DNA of 32,831 bases from an uncultured Elusimicrobia bacterium. GTDB lineage: Bacteria; Elusimicrobiota; Elusimicrobia; Elusimicrobiales; UBA9959. A program made the position numbers and the translations under genes. The DNA lies in the NCBI GenBank assembly GCA_965368225.1, contig CBDUMF010000002.1, positions 1 through 32,831 of the forward strand. Reading direction: 5' to 3'. Of this stretch, positions 1 to 7,133 are shown in pieces. The notes under the pieces are model-generated. The model was not told where the DNA came from and did no database searches. It saw only the letters and a list, made by a program, of their open reading frames with translations. Numbering within the stretch: position 1 is the stretch's first letter; each line of letters opens with the position of its first letter.

Positions 1-9
1 TTAGAGATA

Positions 10-25
10 GGGCGCATATGCGCCC
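10..25. repeat. Perfect 16-nt GC-rich palindrome GGGCGCATATGCGCCC, function unknown
   Basis: Read directly; it is its own reverse complement. No flanking T/A tract on either strand, so it is not a canonical intrinsic terminator. Confidence 0.9.
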
Positions 26-134
26 ACGCCCACAGCTACAACCTTTTACAAATACATCCGCCATTTTCCTCTTTTCGACATCTTTTAGATAAAATTTTAG
101 CCCGTGTATCTCTAACGGGGCGGCTACATTACTG

Positions 135-253
135 TTTTTTCTCTTCACTCCTCACTTTTTACTCTTTATCCTTTCCTGCTGCCCGTCCAGCCGTGTCCAT
201 CTGTCTATCCGTCTAGCCGTCTAACCGCCCAGCCGTCCAGCTGTCCAGCCGCT
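135..253. repeat. Strand-asymmetric (pyrimidine-rich on +) degenerate short tandem repeat arrays: a ~7-nt YYTCACT-like unit, then ~8 copies of an 8-9-nt CGTCCAGC-like unit
   Basis: ctcttcact/cctcact/ttttact/ctttatc, then ccgtccag/ccgtgtccat/ctgtctat/ccgtctag/ccgtctaa/ccgcccag/ccgtccag/ctgtccag. The period is not a multiple of 3 and no ORF is present. Confidence 0.8.
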
Positions 254-310
254 ATTTTGGCAGAGCCCTGTCCGCCGTTCGTTTGGCGGATGCGCTCTGC
301 AGCTACAACT

Positions 311-394
311 GACTCCCGACTTCCGACTTACAACTTGTGCTCCTGTGTTCCTGTGCTCTTGTGATCTGTAACTTGCGACTTGTGCCTTGTAAAC
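311..394. repeat. Degenerate 7-8-nt tandem repeat array (CGACTTC/CGACTTA, then NNCYTGTG-like units x ~8)
   Basis: gactcccgacttccgactta..acttgtg ctcctgtg ttcctgtg ctcttgtg atctgta acttgcg acttgtg ccttgta. Non-coding region just downstream of the minus-strand operon end. Confidence 0.8.
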
Positions 395-412
395 AGACCT
401 TTCCAGCAGACC

Positions 413-1645
413 TTATTTAATTTCCGCTATATATTTTTTAAGAGCAGAACAGAAAATGTCAATATCCTCTTCTTTGCTGTATATGTAAAAGGAAAGCCGG
501 CCAATAGATTTGATTCCGGAATTCAGTGCGGTTAAATCCGCGCAATGTCTTCCGGTTCTTATTGCAATAAAATGCTCGTTTGAATAATTATTCAAATAGA
601 TATTAAAGTCCTCCAGAGAAAAATTTTTTTCTACCGGAGTAAAGGAAAGTATAGAACCTTTCTGCAGTTGTTCCAGATCTCCGATTATCCTGATTTCCCC
701 AAAGAGAGAAATTTTTTTATAAGCATACTTTATTACTCTGGCTATTTGTTCCCTTATTTTCTTAAAGCCAATTTTTTCTAGAACACGGAAGGATTCCGCC
801 AGTGCCACGGCCCCGGCGTAATTCTGTATGCCCGCTTCAAATGAAACGTTTCCGTCTATATATTCACAATAATATTTCCGGCCTCTTTTATAAATCTCCT
901 TCACTATGCCGCCTCCGACCTTAGCCCTGGCAAGCTCGGATAAAAGATCGCTCCTCACGTACAAAACTCCGGTTCCGTACGGCGCCCCCATCTTATGCCC
1001 GGAAAAAGCGGCAAAGTCGGTATTTATTCCTCTCATATCTTCCCTGTGACTGGGTATATACTGCGCCTCGTCCACAAAGACCTTAGCGCCGAAATCATGT
1101 GCCACATCTATGAATTTTTCCACATCAATGCTCGAACCGAAGACATTGCTCGCCCTTGTAATACACACAAGCGCGACTTTTTTGTTTATCATTTTCTTAA
1201 AAATTTCAAAATTCGGCAGACACCCTTTAAGCGGAATTATTCTCAATTTAACCCTTCCCGCGTTCTCAAGCTTAAGGAACGGAAGAAAAACACTGTTGTG
1301 TTCAAGGGGGGACAACAATACCTCTTTTCTTTCCCCGGAAAAAACGAATGCAGAGGCAAGTATATTAACTGCCTCGGTAGTTCCGCTTGTGAATATTATT
1401 TCTTCCGGGAAAGCGCCTATGCTTTGCGCTACGCAATTTCTGGCCTCTTCGTATTTTTGCCCGGCTTCCTGAGACAGGATATGAACGGATCTTTTGCCCG
1501 CGCAACCGCCGAAGTTCGCCAAAAACTTTCGTTCAGCACTGATAGAGGACGCCATCTTAAGAGCAGAGCAGGCGCTGTCAATGTAAATCATTTTTTTCCC
1601 GCGAAACCTTCTATTTAATGCAGGAAACTCTTTTTCTATATTCAT
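413..1645 (-). CDS. Cysteine desulfurase, SufS/CsdA-like (class V PLP-dependent aminotransferase fold)
   Basis: 410-aa ORF. PLP-lysine context FSGHKM and a group-II desulfurase active-site loop RTGRHCA near the C-terminus. Its ATG (1645) directly abuts the TGA of the upstream rSAM gene (1646-1648). Last gene of the operon. Confidence 0.8.
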   Translation of the reverse strand: MNIEKEFPALNRRFRGKKMIYIDSACSALKMASSISAERKFLANFGGCAGKRSVHILSQEAGQKYEEARNCVAQSIGAFPEEIIFTSGTTEAVNILASAFVFSGERKEVLLSPLEHNSVFLPFLKLENAGRVKLRIIPLKGCLPNFEIFKKMINKKVALVCITRASNVFGSSIDVEKFIDVAHDFGAKVFVDEAQYIPSHREDMRGINTDFAAFSGHKMGAPYGTGVLYVRSDLLSELARAKVGGGIVKEIYKRGRKYYCEYIDGNVSFEAGIQNYAGAVALAESFRVLEKIGFKKIREQIARVIKYAYKKISLFGEIRIIGDLEQLQKGSILSFTPVEKNFSLEDFNIYLNNYSNEHFIAIRTGRHCADLTALNSGIKSIGRLSFYIYSKEEDIDIFCSALKKYIAEIK

Positions 1646-2488
1646 TCAAAAAACCTTGTGAATTTTAAGATAATCTTTTCTGGGTCCATAACAGATATTA
1701 GCATATTTGCATTTAAAGCATTTTTTAACGTACGTTTTTTCTCTCTCCTGAGGTCCGGGAATCTTTAATTTCATTTTTGCAATATCCACATGATAACCAT
1801 AGTACCTGCCGAGCATACACGGTGGAATATGGTCTATTTCAAACTCAACTCCGCTTCTTTCAAGAATATAACAGGCTTTTGAAAGAAAACCGGAAACCGA
1901 AGAATATTTTGGAACTATTTTTCTGGTTCGGGCTTTTCCCATAGCCTTAACGAAGCTAAACTGAACCCAGCCAACCCGAGGGCCCATCTTTTCCTTCACA
2001 AACCTGGCAAAACTCGGCAAATACCTGTAATTTAATTCGCATATTATATGGGTTATCCTAACTGCAACTTCCAATTTAAGCAAAAGATTTACGCCGCTAA
2101 TTTTCCTGTAAAAAAAGTCCCTCTGCGTTATTTTCCTGTCAAGTTTCGGATTTGCGGCTGAAATATTCACATTGAAATAGCCACCACTTGCTTTGACGAT
2201 TCTTGCAATTTTTTTCAATGCCCCGGCATCGTATCCTTCAATTAAAGAAGCGTTTGTCTGAATCTCCACCTTTTTCTTATTTTTAAGACAGCACAGCAGT
2301 ATTTCAAGCAGAACCGCCGGTTTCGCCAAAAACGGTTCTCCTCCGGAAATCTGAACAAGTTTTTCCTTTGACCTCTTAATATCGTCAAAAATAGACGTGA
2401 CTTCGATTTTTCCCCTCTGCCGCTCCGGTTCAAAAGAACAAAAAACGCAGCTTTGATTGCACCTATTTTCAATTTTTATCAAACTCAT
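1646..2488 (-). CDS. Radical SAM enzyme, small paralog family with C-terminal CxxCx5C-G motif
   Basis: N-terminal CNQSCVFC (Cx3Cx2C) 9 residues after the Met, a GGEP motif, and C-terminal CFKCKYANICYG...DYLKIH. Confidence 0.85.
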   Translation of the reverse strand: MSLIKIENRCNQSCVFCSFEPERQRGKIEVTSIFDDIKRSKEKLVQISGGEPFLAKPAVLLEILLCCLKNKKKVEIQTNASLIEGYDAGALKKIARIVKASGGYFNVNISAANPKLDRKITQRDFFYRKISGVNLLLKLEVAVRITHIICELNYRYLPSFARFVKEKMGPRVGWVQFSFVKAMGKARTRKIVPKYSSVSGFLSKACYILERSGVEFEIDHIPPCMLGRYYGYHVDIAKMKLKIPGPQEREKTYVKKCFKCKYANICYGPRKDYLKIHKVF

Positions 2489-2597
2489 TTCTCAATTTTG
2501 ACTCCATGAGTTTTTTGCTCAAAGGTATCCTCAACGCCCAACCTGATTTAAAAACGCTCACCTTTTTTTCATACACCATTTGCGCTTGCCTGTCTTA

Positions 2598-2723
2598 TCA
2601 CCGCCTTTTCTTCTTGCCAGGCGGCAGGGTTATCTCAAACTTTTCCCAACCGGGAAGATAAACAACCTTGCGCACTTCCCTTCGCGCAAAATCCTCACTC
2701 AAGGGTTCAAAATAAACCTGCAT
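2598..2723 (-). CDS. Hypothetical small protein, 41 aa from the ATG. The open frame continues upstream to 2834, in frame with the TGA of the preceding rSAM gene
   Basis: My own translation of the 346-nt gap. 78 consecutive sense codons (2834..2601) follow TGA 2835-2837 and end at TGA 2598-2600. The only ATG is at 2723, preceded by GAGGG. It falls below the 60-aa cutoff of the ORF track. Confidence 0.3.
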   Translation of the reverse strand: MQVYFEPLSEDFARREVRKVVYLPGWEKFEITLPPGKKKRR

Positions 2724-2834
2724 AAAACCCTCATCCCTTTCACCAAAAAGACCGGAGAAGACTGGTTTATAAATATGAATTTTATAGTCGCCATTGACAA
2801 TTATTCTATCTAACCTGCCACCGGTAAAGTGCGC

Positions 2835-4013
2835 TCATTTGATCCTCCAGAAATACTTGCCTTTTTTAAAAAATTTCTCGACCCTGTTCTTTCTGATGAG
2901 ACTTTCTCCCGCGTTTATTACCGCGTTCCCATCCGAACAGTCACGACAAAGCGTAATTCCTCCGGCGATTTTCAGAACCTCTTTTGTGGAAGCGGGAGAT
3001 TGGATTCTAAGCACCTCAAGAAGGCACCTTTCATTATCGGAAAGGAATACTTCCTTTATTGGTTTTCCGGGAGTCTTGAATGTCTCTTTAACGGGATTAA
3101 ACCCTTCCTCACCGAATACTTGCAGATAATTAAAATCCACTCCCCCGCACCTGGCGAAATAAGCGCATTCAAAACATGCCTTGACTCTTTTTTTGTTTTC
3201 ATTCGAGCTCAAGTCAAGATCAGTTTTTATTCCCTCCGGATCTGTCACAAGGGTATTAAACCGGTCAAGACCTATGGAAAGCGATTCCCTTCCTCTGATA
3301 AAACAGGGAGGCACATTCAAAAAAAGAATCTCATTTGAAAGCCCTACCCTCTCCATTAAGTTTATTGAGTCTCTAAAGTATTTCTGGACGTCCGGAAGAG
3401 AGATCTTAAGTTTATCACTGTTTTTTTTCATATTTCCAATATAAAGAGGATATATAATCACAAAATTGCTTATGCCGTTTTTAAGAAAGAAATGGATTAT
3501 TTCCGGCAGGCGATTGTAATTATAGCGATTTACCAGTATATTTGTTCCTAACCTGATTTTCCATATTTTAAGATTTTCAAGTCCCCGCATCGCTTGTTTC
3601 CAGGCTCCTTTGTAAACGAGTAATTTATCGTGCACCTCGGCATTATCGCTTAAAAAACTAAACTTGCAAAAAGTCAGACCCGCCCTAACCAGCCTTTCGC
3701 AGAATTTCCCGCTTGAAAGCAAAATTCCATTTGTCTGGATTCTAATAAAACCAAAACCCACTTTTTTTGCCAGGGAAATTATTTTAACTATATCGGGTCT
3801 CAAAAGCGGCTCGCCTCCAGTAAAGCCAATTCTTCTATATCCCGCGGCGTAAGCGCGGTATATGTTTTCTGCTATTGACTCAAAAGAGGCGTTCAACCTC
3901 TTGTCAAATGAACCCTGAGAGCAAAATAAACATCTTGCATTGCAATTGTAATTAAGGATTATCTCATAGCACTTGAGGTTTTCCTTTCTTTCACCAGGTG
4001 TTTTCTTTTTCAT
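2835..4013 (-). CDS. Radical SAM enzyme of the same paralog family, with an extra C-terminal winged-helix-like domain
   Basis: CNARCLFC motif, GGEP, and CFECAYFARCGG...YLQVFGEEGFNPV, followed by ~90 extra residues (ERCLLEVLRIQSPASTKEVLKIAG...KKGKYFWRIK). I chose the start at ATG 4013 because it forms an ATGA overlap with the upstream stop at 4010-4012. The track's longer start at 4076 would overlap 67 nt. Confidence 0.8.
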   Translation of the reverse strand: MKKKTPGERKENLKCYEIILNYNCNARCLFCSQGSFDKRLNASFESIAENIYRAYAAGYRRIGFTGGEPLLRPDIVKIISLAKKVGFGFIRIQTNGILLSSGKFCERLVRAGLTFCKFSFLSDNAEVHDKLLVYKGAWKQAMRGLENLKIWKIRLGTNILVNRYNYNRLPEIIHFFLKNGISNFVIIYPLYIGNMKKNSDKLKISLPDVQKYFRDSINLMERVGLSNEILFLNVPPCFIRGRESLSIGLDRFNTLVTDPEGIKTDLDLSSNENKKRVKACFECAYFARCGGVDFNYLQVFGEEGFNPVKETFKTPGKPIKEVFLSDNERCLLEVLRIQSPASTKEVLKIAGGITLCRDCSDGNAVINAGESLIRKNRVEKFFKKGKYFWRIK

Positions 4014-5050
4014 TGGCAGGTTAACCCCCGGTTTTTTCGCAATTCGATATTGTGAACTTCGCAAAACGCCCTGCATGTTATTGCGCTTTTTATAAGAGAC
4101 ATGTATTCTTTTCTCATAACTTTGGCCAGTTTTTTGTGGGACGCAATGGCGCTGCGCAACCTTTCACCGCTTAACTTCATACAATAATGGAAATAAGCGA
4201 AGGCCCCGGCGGAACACAACAAGCTTCTCACCCCGGCTCCATACCTTCGAGCAACAGAAAAAAAAGAGTGCCTTTTTTCCGCGTCAATCCGTAAACTAAG
4301 AAATTTTTTCATACCCGTTTTATCTGCGGAAACGGCTTTATCACAAGGAATAAAATGCCCGCTGGGAAGCAGAATAATATTCGGGCAATAACGAGGATTA
4401 TAATCCTTGTCGAGGCATTCAAAAATCAGCTCGTATACATTTCCCATCTCATATACTTTGCCCCCGCCTCTGATAATTTCAAAATACCACTTTCTGATTT
4501 TCATCATTTCCCGCTGAATAATCCTGATGTCGGCATCGGGCCATATTTCTGTTATGTCAGGAGTCCACATAATATGCCTGAAGCCGAAATTGTATATCTC
4601 TTTCACGAGTCTTGAAACCTCGCCTATTTTCTCCCTGGTTGCCACAAACGAAGCTGTGGCTCCACGCCTGGCAGATTCCCTGAAAATTTTTCTTATCTCC
4701 TTCACTTCAAAAAAATTAAATTGATTGAGACTTAAAACAATCTTGATTCTTTTATCCTGTGCAAAAGCGGCAAAATCCTTCGTCAATTTCATTCCGTTGG
4801 TAAAGATATGAATCGGACAACTGCTTTTGCGTCGTACATGTTGCACAATAGAGACAAGAAGTTTTTTATGAAGTAGCGGCTCGCCGCCCAGGAAAGTTAT
4901 TTTGGCATCTCTGCCGTAAAGTTCCAAAAATCTATTAACCGCATAGAGCGCACTTTTCCTGCTCAGAACAACAGAGGTCCCGGAATTTCTAATATAACAG
5001 TACGGACATCTTAAATTGCAGATATAACTCATATAAATGACAAGATTCAT
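4010..5050 (-). CDS. Radical SAM enzyme, anSME-like N-terminus with a partial SPASM/twitch motif
   Basis: CNLRCPYC 11 residues from the Met, GGEPLL, and CPNIILLPSGHFIPC (C..Gx4C). There is no full CxxCx5Cx3C. ATGA overlaps occur at both ends. Confidence 0.8.
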   Translation of the reverse strand: MNLVIYMSYICNLRCPYCYIRNSGTSVVLSRKSALYAVNRFLELYGRDAKITFLGGEPLLHKKLLVSIVQHVRRKSSCPIHIFTNGMKLTKDFAAFAQDKRIKIVLSLNQFNFFEVKEIRKIFRESARRGATASFVATREKIGEVSRLVKEIYNFGFRHIMWTPDITEIWPDADIRIIQREMMKIRKWYFEIIRGGGKVYEMGNVYELIFECLDKDYNPRYCPNIILLPSGHFIPCDKAVSADKTGMKKFLSLRIDAEKRHSFFSVARRYGAGVRSLLCSAGAFAYFHYCMKLSGERLRSAIASHKKLAKVMRKEYMSLIKSAITCRAFCEVHNIELRKNRGLTCQ

Positions 5051-5973
5051 TTTATTGCCTTAAGTTCTCCGTCCCCGTAATGTTTAAGATACTCCGTCCA
5101 TATTCCCTCGCAGATATTGAAAAGGCGACAGCCGAAACATCTAGGCGTTTTCCTTCTTGAAACCATCTGCCTTGAAATCACCGCATCTGTATTTTTGAAA
5201 TCAGGCGCCCAGTGTTGCGTAAAAAACAGCACTCTTTCATTTATATCGCTTATATGGCTTAAATGGCGGTGGAAATAACACAGCGGCACATATCTCACCT
5301 TCCAACGAGGAAAACCGTTTCTATCTCCCACATTAAGGACCTTTCTCATATATAGCGCACATTCGGAAATTTTCGGCACCAGATTTTCAAAACAATCATG
5401 CGCTCCGCCATACGTCGGGTCAACAAAGATAAATTCCACATTTTTAATTCCATACTTTATGTAAAGACGACCTATTTCAGGAAGGTAGCGCATATTGCTT
5501 TTTACAACAGTAGTGTTTCCGTTTATATTCTTAAATCCTAACTTTCTCAAATTCTCTATGCCTTTGACCAATTCGGAGAAACTGCCCGGAACCCGCGTAA
5601 GACGATCGTGAACTTCGCAGTTGTGCCCGTGGATGGAAAAAATGATTCCGTCTATGCCGGCTTCCACTATCTGGCGGGCAAATCTTATATCTGAAAAAAT
5701 CCTGCCGTTAGTCGAGGTTAAAACTTCATTTATACCCAACTTTTTGGCCGTTCTTACCACGCAGGCAAAATCCCTTCTTATCGTAGACTCCCCCCCTATG
5801 ATTTCCACTATATCGGCTTTTTCTTTCTTCGCCTTGTAAAGTTCCCTCACTATCTCGGAAGTGGTTTTTTCCGGAAAATCCCTTTTCCTGGAATCAATGC
5901 AAAAAACGCACTTATTGTTGCATTTATATCCGGTGAATATCACTATCTTTTTCAATCTCGTTGGAGCATTCAT
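5047..5973 (-). CDS. Radical SAM enzyme, small paralog family
   Basis: CNNKCVFC and C-terminal CFGCRLFNICEGIWTEYLKHYGDGELKAI. ATGA overlap with the upstream membrane-protein gene. Confidence 0.85.
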   Translation of the reverse strand: MNAPTRLKKIVIFTGYKCNNKCVFCIDSRKRDFPEKTTSEIVRELYKAKKEKADIVEIIGGESTIRRDFACVVRTAKKLGINEVLTSTNGRIFSDIRFARQIVEAGIDGIIFSIHGHNCEVHDRLTRVPGSFSELVKGIENLRKLGFKNINGNTTVVKSNMRYLPEIGRLYIKYGIKNVEFIFVDPTYGGAHDCFENLVPKISECALYMRKVLNVGDRNGFPRWKVRYVPLCYFHRHLSHISDINERVLFFTQHWAPDFKNTDAVISRQMVSRRKTPRCFGCRLFNICEGIWTEYLKHYGDGELKAIK

Positions 5974-7133
5974 AAAATTCCAGTAAGACGAAGAATATCT
6001 TTATTAAAAAGCAACATCAGCAAAACGCCGGCGAATATCCACAACGCAAAGGGTCTGCCCTTTATCACTTCTATCTTTGGGTCCTTGACATTAAGCCGTG
6101 AAAGCCAGTCTTTGAGCAAATCAATATGCTCCTTGCAAAAGCCATCCCTGAAAACATCGTCAAACGCGCCTTGAAAAACCGGGTTCTGCTTCAATAAAAG
6201 AAGTGTGGAAGTTGAAGGTATCATACCAGGCCCTAGTTCGTCCTTTCCCACGAAATAGGCGTCTTTTTTCTCCATTATAAACTCTATCATAAACCTTCCG
6301 ACAAAAAGAATGACGCTAAACTTAAAGACGTTTACGACAGCACCTGTTAAATAATTTAAAAGACGGTATGGAAAGAAGAAGTATCCACATATGAAATAGA
6401 TTAAATAAACAATACCGGAAAAGTAAAGCCATTTACGGCTTCTGAAAATTCCACCTATTCTGTCCCACAGAAAGAACAAGAAAAAAAATATTAAATCCGT
6501 CCTCTTCATAACATGTTCCAGGAAGCCCTTAAATTCCATCACGAAAATCTGATGAAATAGAAACAACATGGAAAGATTGACCGCGCAGGCCAAAAACGCA
6601 AATCTTTTTTTTCCGCCGGCCCTGGCAAGGGCAGTGAACCTCTCCTTTATTCCATTCCATTCCTCGCTAAAAAAATCCGACGGTCCAACGCGATTTATTC
6701 CTTCAGAAATATAATTGATAACGGCATAAACAGACGCCACCACAAATATATTTATCAAAACGCTTAAAAACAGGTAGCCGGGAAAAGTTTTAATAAAAGG
6801 ATTTATCAGCGGGAGTGATAACGAGCACAATATGAAAAATTTAGCATCCCCTGCCGGCCAAATCTCTCCGTACCACAAAACAACAGCGGCAATCACCGTC
6901 AGGGCAAAATGCTGAAGGAAAAGAACATAGAAAATCGGGTTCAGAAAATCCGAAACTCTGCCGTTTAAGCCGAGATAGGTGTTGACGCCTGACAGAAGCA
7001 TGGCGGCTATAAAAATCCTGGCTCCAAGCACCGTTCTTTTGTTAAATATTTTCCTGAATTCAAAATCCTCCTTGACCACGGCTACACACCATCCCAGAAA
7101 AAAAATCAAATAAGTCAGGGATATATATTTCAC
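5970..7133 (-). CDS. Polytopic membrane protein (~10 TM) with A24 prepilin-peptidase/CpaA-like aspartate motifs
   Basis: 387-aa hydrophobic ORF. D23 lies in KEDFEFRKIFN (compare the D-x5-I-P-N of the CpaA/TadV/FlaK type). D96 lies in WPAGDAKFF (compare G-x-G-D-x-K-L/F). GTG start forms a GTGA overlap with the upstream stop. Confidence 0.55.
   Translation of the reverse strand: MKYISLTYLIFFLGWCVAVVKEDFEFRKIFNKRTVLGARIFIAAMLLSGVNTYLGLNGRVSDFLNPIFYVLFLQHFALTVIAAVVLWYGEIWPAGDAKFFILCSLSLPLINPFIKTFPGYLFLSVLINIFVVASVYAVINYISEGINRVGPSDFFSEEWNGIKERFTALARAGGKKRFAFLACAVNLSMLFLFHQIFVMEFKGFLEHVMKRTDLIFFFLFFLWDRIGGIFRSRKWLYFSGIVYLIYFICGYFFFPYRLLNYLTGAVVNVFKFSVILFVGRFMIEFIMEKKDAYFVGKDELGPGMIPSTSTLLLLKQNPVFQGAFDDVFRDGFCKEHIDLLKDWLSRLNVKDPKIEVIKGRPFALWIFAGVLLMLLFNKDILRLTGIL

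Noticed and set aside
10-25. GC-rich perfect palindrome considered as the intrinsic terminator of the 13-gene operon.
   Set aside because: There is no U-tract on either strand after the stem. It also lies ~390 nt beyond the stop codon, with the repeat arrays in between.
995-1618. Long ORFs antisense to confident genes. Examples are 995-1618(+), 2580-2813(+), 2829-3338(+), 13087-13542(+), 16648-17094(-), 24402-24902(-), 25090-25611(-), 29174-29650(-) and 31377-31940(-).
   Set aside because: Each lies fully inside, and opposite to, a gene with clear family motifs. Their translations are low-complexity or Leu/Ser/Arg/Phe-biased, as expected for shadow frames. Several start on TTG or GTG, and I found no SD for them.
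2469-2579. 36-aa minus-strand ORF MVYEKKVSVFKSGWALRIPLSKKLMESKLRNEFDKN. Its VFKSG..LRIP stretch resembles the N-terminal strand of AbrB/VapB/MazE-type antitoxins.
   Set aside because: It is too short to form the swapped-hairpin domain and has no convincing SD. It runs 20 nt into the next rSAM gene in another frame, and no toxin partner is recognisable. It is most likely chance or a decayed relic, and only a profile search would be worthwhile.
2780-2837. Selenocysteine decoding of TGA 2835-2837, based on a SECIS-like CGGUGGCAGGU stretch at the fdhF-like distance.
   Set aside because: It is kept only as a minor alternative within the finding. The fdhF-type stem (GGUUGCA/UGCACC) is not reproduced. 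The best hairpin I can draw has 2 mismatches in 8 bp. There is no CxxU-type redox context, and TGA is used as an ordinary stop in at least five ATGA overlaps of the same operon.
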